From a virus: DNA of 46,691 nt. The position numbers and the translations under genes were made by a program. Location of the stretch: positions 1 through 46,691 of IMG/VR virus record IMGVR_UViG_3300020202_000024; one strand, 5' to 3'. The notes beneath the pieces are model-generated. The model was not told the DNA's origin, made no database searches, and saw nothing but the letters and a program-made list of their open reading frames with translations. Below are positions 8,274 through 16,740 of this stretch, in pieces. Within the stretch, counting starts at the first letter, position 1. The number at the start of each line of letters is the position of its first letter.

Positions 8274-9218
8274 ATGGCGACCAGCGGCACCTCCTCATAC
8301 ACGCGTAACCGCGACCAGATCATCAAAGCCGCGGCACGGAAGATTGGGGCCATCGAGGCCGGCGAGACCCCGGATTCCGAGATGGTTACCGACTTCGCCG
8401 AGGCCCTGAACGCATGGGTCAAGCATCAGCAAAGTCTCGGGAATTACATCTGGCAGACCGTTGAGGCGACACTTTTCCTGCAGCAGGACCAGACCCGCTA
8501 TGTCCTCGGCGCGACCGACCACGCGACCGAAAGCTACGTCAGCACGACCCTGTCGGCAGCAGCCTTAAGCGGAGCGACATCGCTCTCAATCACCTCCGCA
8601 ACGGGCATGTCAGCCAGCGACAACGTCGGCATCGTCCTGGATGACGGGTCAATCCACTGGACGACCATTAGCGGAGCCCCGAGCACGACCCTCACCATCG
8701 CGTCCGGCCTCGCGTCAGCGGCGGCTTCCGGAAATCTGGTCTTCGCCTACACCACCCGTATCGTCCGGCCGCTCAAGATCCTCGCCGCGCGCCGCTACAA
8801 CTTCGCGAGCGCAATCGACACGCCGATCGACGTGGAGGACCGCGAGACCTATTTCGACCTGCCGAACAAGACGAACACGGGCGTCCCCAATCTCATCTTC
8901 TACGACCGCCGCGGCGGGGCCAACTCCACGGGGCTGCTCTACACCTGGCAGCCGCAGGAGGTCATCACCGAGGCAATCAAGTTCACCTGGGCGCGGCCGA
9001 TCCAGATTTTCAATGTGGCCGGCGACGACCAGGATTTTCCCGACGAGTGGGTGCAGACCCTCCAATTCAACCTGGCGCTCGTCATGGCACCCGAGTTCAA
9101 TGTTCCCGAGATGAAGCTGGCCCGCATCGAGAAGATGGCGGCGCAGTATCTCGCGGATGTGACTTGGAACGAGCGTGAGCTGGGGTCGGTGTCCTTCGTG
9201 CCGGACATGATGCGCTAA
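8274..9218 (+). CDS. Putative head-to-tail adaptor/tail protein
   Basis: 314 aa, directly upstream of and overlapping (1 nt) the gp10-like hub gene. N-terminal R..II..A.RKIG motif is common in podovirus tail proteins. Confidence 0.55.
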   Translation: MATSGTSSYTRNRDQIIKAAARKIGAIEAGETPDSEMVTDFAEALNAWVKHQQSLGNYIWQTVEATLFLQQDQTRYVLGATDHATESYVSTTLSAAALSGATSLSITSATGMSASDNVGIVLDDGSIHWTTISGAPSTTLTIASGLASAAASGNLVFAYTTRIVRPLKILAARRYNFASAIDTPIDVEDRETYFDLPNKTNTGVPNLIFYDRRGGANSTGLLYTWQPQEVITEAIKFTWARPIQIFNVAGDDQDFPDEWVQTLQFNLALVMAPEFNVPEMKLARIEKMAAQYLADVTWNERELGSVSFVPDMMR

Positions 9219-10621
9219 TGCTGGTCCAATTCGCGACGCAGAGCTACCGGGCGGCGTCCCTCCCGGTAAGCGCGCAACGCTGTGTGAATTTCTTCGCGGA
9301 GCGCCAGCCGCCCGATGCGAAAACGCCGGTCGCCCTCTATGGCTGCCCCGGCCTCGTGACGACCATCACGATCGGAACTGGTCCGATCCGCGGTATGCAC
9401 GTCATGGGAGGGGTCCTGTACGTGGTGTCGGGCGGGCGCCTCTACAGCGTGACCAGCACGTGGGCGGCCACCGACATTGGCGGCAATATCTCGGGGACCG
9501 GCGTTGTCTCAATGGACGACAACGGGTCCCAACTGATGATCGTCAACGGGGCAAACGGCTACCTCTACAGCACATCGCTTGGCTTCATCCTAATCACGGA
9601 CGCGGACTTCAATGCAGCCGAGACGGTGACGTTCTTCGACCAGCGATTTGTATTCGATGAGAAGGGCACGAACAGGTTTTTCATCTCGGCATCTCTGGAT
9701 GGAACCAGCTATGACGCCGCACAGGTGTCCTCGGCCGAGGCGCGGCCGGATAATGTCGTTGCGGTGGTCCTGAACCAGCAGGTGCTGTACGTCTTCGGCA
9801 CGAGATCGACCGAGACATGGCAGGATGTGGGTGCGGCGAACTTTCCCTTCGAGCGTGTGCCTGGCGGTGTCATAGAGCGCGGCCTTGCCGCTGCCCACTG
9901 TACTGCGAAGGAAGACAACACGATCTTTTTCCTTGGGGACGATCGGGTCTTCTATCGGATGGACGGTTTGACGCCCAAGCGGGTGAGCACTCATGCGATT
10001 GAGGGCGCTTGGCGAGATTACGGCACCGTCTCAGACGCTTTTGCGTTCGCCCACTCATTCGGCGGCCACAAGTTTGTGACGGTCACATTCCCGACCGAGA
10101 ATGCGACCTGGGTCTATGACATCTCGACGGGGCTCTGGCACGAGCGGGAGTCGTGGGACGAGAACGACACGTCGCTCGGCCGCTGGCGCGGGAATGCCCG
10201 CGTTGACGCCTACGGGTATGAGCTGATCGGCGATGCCTTCAGCGGCCGGATCGGCTATCTTGATCGTCATACCTACACCGAATTCGGCAACACGATCCGT
10301 AGCTCGGCCATCTCGCCTCCGGTCCATTCCGACCGTCAGCGGGTGTTCAACTCTCGTTTTGAGATGGACATCGAGGCAGGCGTCGGCCTCACGACAGGGC
10401 AGGGCTCAGATCCCCAGATCATGATGCGCTACTCGGACGATGGTGGCCTCACATGGTCTCGTGAGATGTGGCGCAGCATGGGGGCCATTGGCAAATACAA
10501 GACGCGCTGTCGATGGCTGCGCCTCGGACAGGCGCGCCAACGGGTCTATGAAATCGCGATCAGCGACCCGGTGAAGCGGACGATTATTGCGGCGCACGTC
10601 GATCTTGAGCCTGGCCAATGA
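9218..10621 (+). CDS. Tail hub/nozzle protein, P22 gp10 (phage stabilisation protein)-like
   Basis: 467 aa. The pattern PGL..G..RG...GVLYVVSGGRLY...G.G.VSM and the C-terminal YSDDGG.TWS...W..LG...R..E matches my memory of the P22 gp10 layout and size (472 aa). Confidence 0.65.
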   Translation: MLVQFATQSYRAASLPVSAQRCVNFFAERQPPDAKTPVALYGCPGLVTTITIGTGPIRGMHVMGGVLYVVSGGRLYSVTSTWAATDIGGNISGTGVVSMDDNGSQLMIVNGANGYLYSTSLGFILITDADFNAAETVTFFDQRFVFDEKGTNRFFISASLDGTSYDAAQVSSAEARPDNVVAVVLNQQVLYVFGTRSTETWQDVGAANFPFERVPGGVIERGLAAAHCTAKEDNTIFFLGDDRVFYRMDGLTPKRVSTHAIEGAWRDYGTVSDAFAFAHSFGGHKFVTVTFPTENATWVYDISTGLWHERESWDENDTSLGRWRGNARVDAYGYELIGDAFSGRIGYLDRHTYTEFGNTIRSSAISPPVHSDRQRVFNSRFEMDIEAGVGLTTGQGSDPQIMMRYSDDGGLTWSREMWRSMGAIGKYKTRCRWLRLGQARQRVYEIAISDPVKRTIIAAHVDLEPGQ

Positions 10622-11058
10622 GTATCGACTCCGATGCGGTCGGCACACCGATCCCGGCCGCGGTGGCGGTGTTCCCGTTCACCGATGAAGCCGGGAAGCT
10701 GACATCCCACGGCTGGGAAGTGCTCAACGCCTGGCACAAGCAGCACGTCGGCATGGGGCGGATCTTCCCGTGCGATGCAAGTGGAACAAACACGATCACG
10801 CTGACGCCAGTCAACGACCAGATGCTGCTCGCGCAATACAGCGTCTATGACGTGTTCATTTTCCGGGCCGCGAATACGTCAACAGGGGCAGTGACGGCGA
10901 CTGTTGTGCCCAAGAGCGGCACGCTTACGACAATCAAGGTCTATGTGGACGATGGCGCCAATCAAGCCACGACCGGAGATGTGGTGGCCGACTGCGTCTA
11001 CATGGCGATCTATGCGCCGCATCTCGACGCAGCGGCCGGCGGGTTTGTCCTGAAATGA
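10618..11058 (+). CDS. Hypothetical virion protein (needle/plug position)
   Basis: 146 aa; ATGA overlaps on both sides. Confidence 0.6.
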   Translation: MSIDSDAVGTPIPAAVAVFPFTDEAGKLTSHGWEVLNAWHKQHVGMGRIFPCDASGTNTITLTPVNDQMLLAQYSVYDVFIFRAANTSTGAVTATVVPKSGTLTTIKVYVDDGANQATTGDVVADCVYMAIYAPHLDAAAGGFVLK

Positions 11059-11519
11059 ACGCTGAGATCCGAGAGGCCGGGCTGATCGACATGCCCGCCC
11101 TGCTCAGGATGGGACGCGCATTCTTCAAGCAAGCAAGCTTGGATACGCTCACGACATGGGACGACGCCTCGTTCGAGGCCACAGCGCAAATGCTGATCTT
11201 AAGTGAGCCAGGTGTCCTGCTCGTTGCGGAGGCTGACGGGCATGGCGTTGGGATGGCGGGCGCCCTCGTATTCCCGGCCTACTTCAACGTGAAGGTCCAC
11301 GTAGGTCAGGAGCTGTTCTGGTTCGTCGCGCCAGAACACAGGTTCGGCGTCGGCGCGGCGCTTATCGGCCGTCTTGAGGAAGAAGCACGAAGCAGGGGCG
11401 CATCCCTGTTCATCGCTGGCGCTGTCGCCGGCCTGCGGGACGCGGCGATTGCGCGGCTCTACGCACGGCGCGGCTACCGGCCCTCCGAAAATTCATTCAT
11501 CAAGGCTCTTGCATCATGA
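11055..11519 (+). CDS. GNAT-family N-acetyltransferase
   Basis: 154 aa. The acetyl-CoA motif R-F-G-V-G-A-A-L is followed by ARSRGA, and the C-terminal YARRGY is typical of GNAT. Confidence 0.7.
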   Translation: MNAEIREAGLIDMPALLRMGRAFFKQASLDTLTTWDDASFEATAQMLILSEPGVLLVAEADGHGVGMAGALVFPAYFNVKVHVGQELFWFVAPEHRFGVGAALIGRLEEEARSRGASLFIAGAVAGLRDAAIARLYARRGYRPSENSFIKALAS

Positions 11520-12244
11520 TCTCAACTGGAACGGCCATGCTGGGCGCCGCGGCGCTGTCAACTGGCGGCGGTATCGCGTCGGGTTTGATGGGATCGCGCG
11601 CGGCCAAGAGCGCGGGCGATCAGCAAGCGCGCGCGGCTGCCGAGGCCCTCGGCTGGCAGAAGAAGGTCTACGGCGACACCGAAGGCATGCTCGCCCCGTT
11701 CATCGGGACCGGGCAGAACGCCTTCCGCAGCATCGGCGACCTATATGGCCTTAACGGCAAGCCGGCGTCCATGGATGGCTTCACGGCATCGCCGGACTAT
11801 CAATTCCGCATGCGCGAGGGCATGGGCGCGCTGGAGAACTCTGCGGCGGCACGTGGCGGTCTGTTGTCCGGCAACTTCGGTCGCTCTGCCATCCAGTTCG
11901 GGCAAGGTCTCGCTTCGACGGAGTTCGGGAATTACTTCGACCGCCTGTTCCGCACGTCGCAGCTCGGCGCGAATGCGGCGTCGTCGCTGGGAAGCATCGG
12001 GGCCGGGTCGGCGGCGAGCATGGGCAACACCATCATGGCGCAAGGACAGGCGGGCGCCGCCGGTACGGTCGGCTCGGCCAACGCCATCAGTGGCGGCATC
12101 AACTCGGCCGCGAACAACCTGACGTTCCTGGCCGGCATGAACCGCTCCTCTTACGGACCGAACGCGAGCAGCGGGTATCTGCCCGGCGGGTCAAACTTCT
12201 CCATCCCGAACGTCCCGCAGGGGACTGGCATCTGGCCGGCGTGA
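11516..12244 (+). CDS. Ejection/internal virion protein A
   Basis: 242 aa, Gly/Ala/Ser-rich. First of three consecutive genes in the ejection-protein position. Confidence 0.6.
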   Translation: MISTGTAMLGAAALSTGGGIASGLMGSRAAKSAGDQQARAAAEALGWQKKVYGDTEGMLAPFIGTGQNAFRSIGDLYGLNGKPASMDGFTASPDYQFRMREGMGALENSAAARGGLLSGNFGRSAIQFGQGLASTEFGNYFDRLFRTSQLGANAASSLGSIGAGSAASMGNTIMAQGQAGAAGTVGSANAISGGINSAANNLTFLAGMNRSSYGPNASSGYLPGGSNFSIPNVPQGTGIWPA

Positions 12245-13344
12245 CGCACATGGTAGACAACTCCATCGCTCTTGGCGTGAAGCCGCCGTCGTTCGACATT
12301 TCCGCCCCGCTCGTGCGGGCCGCGCAAATGCGGGAGATGCAGGTCCAGGCGCAGGCCGCTGAGGTCAAGATGCGCCAGGAGGCGCTCGGCGCCGAGGCGC
12401 GCGGCCTGATGCAGTTCGCGAACCATCCTGAATTTGCCCAGCGGTGGGCGCAGTCCGTGGACAAGCTAGCGGCGCAGGGTGTTCTCGACCCGCAGACCGC
12501 GGAGAACTATCGCCGCACGCCGTCGCCACTGCTGCTGAAGCAAATCATCGCGTCCACGGAGTCGCCGTCAATCGCGTTCCAGCGGGAAGAAGCGCAGCGG
12601 TCGCAGGCGAATGCGGATCGGTCGTTCGGCCTTCAGCAGCAGCAGTTCGCGCTCAATGAGCGAGCCGCGAATCGCCGCGATGAGCCCGAGCAGGTCCGCA
12701 TCTTGCGGGCAACGGGCGTTGATCCGGCGAGCGCAGAGGGAAAGAAGCTGCTTTTCCCGAAGACGGACACCCCCATCAGCGCCACGGACAAAAAGGCAAT
12801 CTTCTCGGCTGAGGATGACGTGCCCCGGCTTGAGGCCACGATCCAGAACATCCAGCGCGCTAAAGAACTCAATCCCAGCGTCTACTCGGGCGTGGGCGCC
12901 AGTATCCGCGGCACTATGGGCGCCAAGCTGCCGGATATGCTGGTCCCGGACGCCATCGCATCCCCGGAGCGTGGCGCCGCGACCTCTGAGTGGGACCAGC
13001 TCATGGGCGCCGAAGCAATCAAACTGATGGGCGAAACCCTGAAGGGGGCGTCAACCGATTTCGAAATGCGCAAGTTCCTTGGCATCGCAGCAGATACGTC
13101 TCAGCCGCCCAAAGTGCGCGAGAATGCGATGAATCGTTTCGTTGATCTCGCCAACAAGGAACTTGACCTGCGGAAGAAGCGAGCCTCCGGCCTGCGCAGC
13201 GGCGACTACTTCAAGCCTGACGGCGGCCAAGGCGTAGCCGCGCCTGAAGGCGCGATTAAGATGCTCAAGGCCGACCCATCCCTCCGCGAGCAGTTCGACG
13301 CGAAGTACGGCGCTGGCTCTGCCGCCAAGGTGCTGGGCAAGTAA
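12241..13344 (+). CDS. Ejection/internal virion protein B
   Basis: 367 aa, Gln/Ala/Arg-rich and helical. GTG start overlaps the upstream stop (alternative ATG at 12250). Confidence 0.6.
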   Translation: MTHMVDNSIALGVKPPSFDISAPLVRAAQMREMQVQAQAAEVKMRQEALGAEARGLMQFANHPEFAQRWAQSVDKLAAQGVLDPQTAENYRRTPSPLLLKQIIASTESPSIAFQREEAQRSQANADRSFGLQQQQFALNERAANRRDEPEQVRILRATGVDPASAEGKKLLFPKTDTPISATDKKAIFSAEDDVPRLEATIQNIQRAKELNPSVYSGVGASIRGTMGAKLPDMLVPDAIASPERGAATSEWDQLMGAEAIKLMGETLKGASTDFEMRKFLGIAADTSQPPKVRENAMNRFVDLANKELDLRKKRASGLRSGDYFKPDGGQGVAAPEGAIKMLKADPSLREQFDAKYGAGSAAKVLGK

Positions 13345-16338
13345 ATGGCGAACGTCTTCGACCAATTCGACGGCAGGGCGCCGGACGGCCGGCCGCGGAT
13401 CGAAATCCGCCCGGCTGCCAAGGGCCTGGACCTGGACCCGCGCTCGCGTGACCTCGTGGTACGGACTATTCTGGGCGAGGCTGGCGGGGAGGGAGATGAT
13501 GGGCAGGCCGGCGTTGCCGCGGTCATCGCCAACCGGCTGCGCTCAGGCAAGTTCGGCAAGTCCGCTGCGGATGTGGTGCTGGCGCCCAATCAGTTCGAGC
13601 CATGGTCCCGGCTGGATGCTCGCCAGCGCATGCTCGGCTACTCGCCGGACAGTCCCGAATACAAGCGCGCGAATGCGGCGCTGGAGCGCGTTCTGGCTGG
13701 CGACGATCCGACCGGCGGGGCCACGCACTTTTTTGCGCCGGCCGCACAGGCTGCGCTTGGTCGTGAAGCGCCGAAATGGGCGACGGGTGAACCCACCGTG
13801 ATCGGCCGCCACAACTTCTATGCCCCGGACGGCAAGCCGAAGGCGGCGCAGGCGATTGATCGTTCTCGGCCGATCATCAACAACTCGGATGGCTCGTTCT
13901 CAACCGAGCGAACTATCACGGTTGGATTCGACGACGGATACTACAACATCCCCACCATAGTGGACGGCAAACAGGTCTCCGAGAGCGAGGCGATCCAGCA
14001 CTTTAAGGCGGGCCGAAACAAGGCTGTCGGACACTTTGCGACGCAGCAGGAGGCGGAAGCCGCCGCTAAAGCCCGCTCCGGTGAGATTGGCCGTGTACGA
14101 GGGGCGGAAGCGCAGTCTGGACGCAACCCGTTCGACCAGTTCGACGCCCCGGCCGCTCGGCCGCAGGAAGCCGCCTCATTCAATAGTCGTTTCGCGCCCA
14201 ATCCCGTCGAGGCGCTGATCGCCCCGGAGATGAGTGGCATCCCGTCGAACGCGGCGACCCTCGCTCCGGCCATGCGGCGCGCGGCGGATGAAAGACTTGT
14301 GTCGGCTGCAGGCGAAACGCCGGGCGGCACGTTCGCCAGTAGCGCCATGAACACGATGTTGTTGAACATCCCGCGCAATATCTCGGCGGGCCTTGCGGCG
14401 GCAACCACTGACATTCCGTTCTCCGAAGCCTATCAGGGCCTCAAGGACATTGATGAGGCGTCGGCTCGGCTCAACCCGAAGTCCGCGATTGCGGGTACTG
14501 TGGCAGGCGTTGTCGGCGGCGCTGTTGCGCTTCCGGGCCTGGGTGGCGCCGCGACTACAGCAGGCCGCATGGGCCAAGCCGCTGTCACGGGCGCCGGATA
14601 TGCAGCCGCTAGCGAACTGCTCGACAGCAAGGACCCGGTCAAGGCCGCAGTGGCAGCCGGGTTCGGTGCTGCGCTCGGTGCCGTGGCGGCCCCGATCGCC
14701 GAGAAGGTCGTCAACGTCGTCACCAGCTTCGTGAAGCGCGGCAAGACCGATGTCCGCTTTCTGAACAACGATGGTACGCTGACCCAGGAGGCGGTTGACG
14801 CTGCGAAGGCGGCGGGCATTGATCCTGCGGACTTCCATGCCGTTCTTTCGCGCGCCTATGCATCCAAATTTGCGGACCGAGGTGCCTCGCCGAGCACGGC
14901 TCGAGACGCGGCAGCGGGCGAGTTCGGGATCAAGCTTTCGCCCGGCCAATCGACCGGCGATTTCACCCGAACCAAGTACGAGCGCGACGCGGCCGGTGGG
15001 CTGTACGGCCCATTCGCGACAAAGGCGGCTCGCGGGTTCTTTGACGAGCAGACGGGGCAGGTTCAAGCGGCCCGCGGCGGAGTGCAGGACGAACTTGCCG
15101 GCGGCAGCCGTGTGGTGGAGTCCGTGGACGAGGCGGCGCAGGTCGTTCGCGAGGGCATTAAGCGGAAGGCGGGCGAGGCGCGGGCAGACTTTAAGGGCAA
15201 GTATGAGCGCGCATTCGACCAAGAGGGCGAGTTCAGCGACATCGCATTCCGCGGCGTCGGCGACCGCATCGGCCGCGCGCTGTCCGACTCCCCGAACCCG
15301 GTCATCATTGACGATGTGACCACACCAATCGCGGCCCGCGCGATCCGTGACCTGGACAACATCTCCAATCTCAAGATCCAGAACCTTGCAGACCCTTCTG
15401 GAGCGCCCGACCCGTCCAAGATCGTGGCGGTCAACCTGCGCGGCGTCGAGCAGGCCCGCAAGCGCCTAGTGTCATTCTACACTGCAGCCAAGTCCAAAGG
15501 CGACGCTTCGGACATTCGGGCGACGCAGCGTGTCATTGACGCCTTTGACGACGAGATCGAGCAGGCAATCACCACTGGCCTGTTCACCGGCTCCGACGAT
15601 GCTCTAAAGGCGATCAAGGAAGCCCGGATGGCCTACCGGGACTATCGCCGCACGTTCACCCCCCAAGGTCGGGGTGATGATGTGGGGCAGGGCCTGCAGA
15701 AGATTATCGAGCGCGACGCTACGGCTGGCGAGGTCGCCAACTATCTCTATGGCGCCAGCCAAGTCGGCGAGAAGGGCGTGTCGTCCCGCATGGCGGTGCG
15801 GCTCAAGCAGGTCTTCGGCGAGGGCTCCGAGGAATGGTCCGCCGTCAAGCAGGGCCTGTGGATGCGCCTAACGTCCAAGCCAGAGGGCATGACCGATTTC
15901 GGCCCGCAAGCCATGTCCGAACGGATATTCAAGTTCCTGCATGGCCCCGGAGCGGACACGGCCCGCGCGATCTTCGGAAAGGAAGAACTGGCGAAAATGG
16001 GCCGGCTTGCGGTTGCCATGAAAAACGTCGTCCCGCCGAAGGATGCTGTGAATTGGTCAGGGACGGCGTACACGATGGCGGCGCTCCAGGGCGGCGGGCT
16101 GGGCGGGACAGCACTGTGGTTCGGCTCTGATCCGGCGACCGCCGCGTCACTTGCAGCGTTGCGCGTCGGGGGCAAGTTCGGGCGGGACGTGCTCCGTGGC
16201 CGGTCTGCCAGCAAGCACTTCGCCAGCGGGCCTCCCTCAACGGTACAGCAGCCCGGCGGGGCCTATACGGGCTCGACCGGCGTAGCCGGCGGGCTCAGCG
16301 GTAAGGAGGCGGAGGAGGCAACTTACCCGTCTCGCTGA
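13345..16338 (+). CDS. Ejection/internal virion protein C with N-terminal SleB/CwlJ-type cell-wall hydrolase domain
   Basis: 997 aa. RTILGEAGGEG..GQAGVAAVIANRL..GKFG.S...VV..PNQFEPW matches the Hydrolase_2 (SleB) signature. The rest is Ala/Gly-rich with hydrophobic stretches. Confidence 0.7.
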   Translation: MANVFDQFDGRAPDGRPRIEIRPAAKGLDLDPRSRDLVVRTILGEAGGEGDDGQAGVAAVIANRLRSGKFGKSAADVVLAPNQFEPWSRLDARQRMLGYSPDSPEYKRANAALERVLAGDDPTGGATHFFAPAAQAALGREAPKWATGEPTVIGRHNFYAPDGKPKAAQAIDRSRPIINNSDGSFSTERTITVGFDDGYYNIPTIVDGKQVSESEAIQHFKAGRNKAVGHFATQQEAEAAAKARSGEIGRVRGAEAQSGRNPFDQFDAPAARPQEAASFNSRFAPNPVEALIAPEMSGIPSNAATLAPAMRRAADERLVSAAGETPGGTFASSAMNTMLLNIPRNISAGLAAATTDIPFSEAYQGLKDIDEASARLNPKSAIAGTVAGVVGGAVALPGLGGAATTAGRMGQAAVTGAGYAAASELLDSKDPVKAAVAAGFGAALGAVAAPIAEKVVNVVTSFVKRGKTDVRFLNNDGTLTQEAVDAAKAAGIDPADFHAVLSRAYASKFADRGASPSTARDAAAGEFGIKLSPGQSTGDFTRTKYERDAAGGLYGPFATKAARGFFDEQTGQVQAARGGVQDELAGGSRVVESVDEAAQVVREGIKRKAGEARADFKGKYERAFDQEGEFSDIAFRGVGDRIGRALSDSPNPVIIDDVTTPIAARAIRDLDNISNLKIQNLADPSGAPDPSKIVAVNLRGVEQARKRLVSFYTAAKSKGDASDIRATQRVIDAFDDEIEQAITTGLFTGSDDALKAIKEARMAYRDYRRTFTPQGRGDDVGQGLQKIIERDATAGEVANYLYGASQVGEKGVSSRMAVRLKQVFGEGSEEWSAVKQGLWMRLTSKPEGMTDFGPQAMSERIFKFLHGPGADTARAIFGKEELAKMGRLAVAMKNVVPPKDAVNWSGTAYTMAALQGGGLGGTALWFGSDPATAASLAALRVGGKFGRDVLRGRSASKHFASGPPSTVQQPGGAYTGSTGVAGGLSGKEAEEATYPSR

Positions 16339-16654
16339 AGTGGCGAGCTGGGTGATCATCCCAATCGCGCATCCAATATCCGTAGCGGATGCGGGTGCGG
16401 ATCATGGGCCACCAGACCAGACACTGAACTATGACAAGTTCAATCAGGCTGCGGATCGGCCAATGCGCGCGCGCCTGCGCTCTCATTAACACGTCGGCTG
16501 GACATCGGTAACTGGGGTCGCAGTCCATGAGGGTCAGGGCAGCCCTGGCTGCCGATCCGATCTCTACCACTAAGTAAATCGACCAAAGCATAACCCCGGC
16601 CCACAAGAGAACCTCCAGGGCCAGGCTGAGACGATCACGAGGGGCGCGCGGCAT
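16295..16654 (-). CDS. 2-TM membrane protein, counter-oriented moron
   Basis: 119 aa from ATG 16654 (track ORF extends to 16699). Hydrophobic helices LALEVLLWAGVMLWSIYLVV and LIELVIVQCLVWWPMI. It is the only ORF of 60 aa or more in the 400-bp gap before fibre 2. Confidence 0.5.
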   Translation of the reverse strand: MPRAPRDRLSLALEVLLWAGVMLWSIYLVVEIGSAARAALTLMDCDPSYRCPADVLMRAQARAHWPIRSLIELVIVQCLVWWPMIRTRIRYGYWMRDWDDHPARHFSETGKLPPPPPYR

Positions 16655-16660
16655 CGCCGC

Positions 16661-16690
16661 AATGTAGTGCCCCGACCCAGGAACATTCAA
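16661..16690 (-). promoter_or_regulatory. Putative promoter of the 16295..16654 gene (leaderless)
   Basis: Minus strand reads TTGAAT-18 nt-TACATT-6 nt-ATG. Confidence 0.4.
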
Positions 16691-16700
16691 GGACCCCAAG

Positions 16701-16721
16701 GCCGCCCCAGGGCGGCTTTTT
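16701..16721 (+). terminator. Rho-independent terminator
   Basis: GCCGCC-CCAG-GGCGGC hairpin followed by TTTTT; lies 20 nt upstream of fibre gene 2. Confidence 0.6.
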
Positions 16722-16740
16722 GCGTTGGAGATCTCCTATA

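Noticed and set aside
14176-15222. 348-aa minus-strand ORF inside the large ejection-protein gene, with similar antisense ORFs at 1032-1745, 6003-6599, 17344-18027, 43552-44274, 44900-45568 and 45752-46507
   Set aside because: All are antisense to well-supported genes. They are Arg-rich, lack start-site signals, and have third codon positions aligned with the sense gene, which is the shadow-frame effect.
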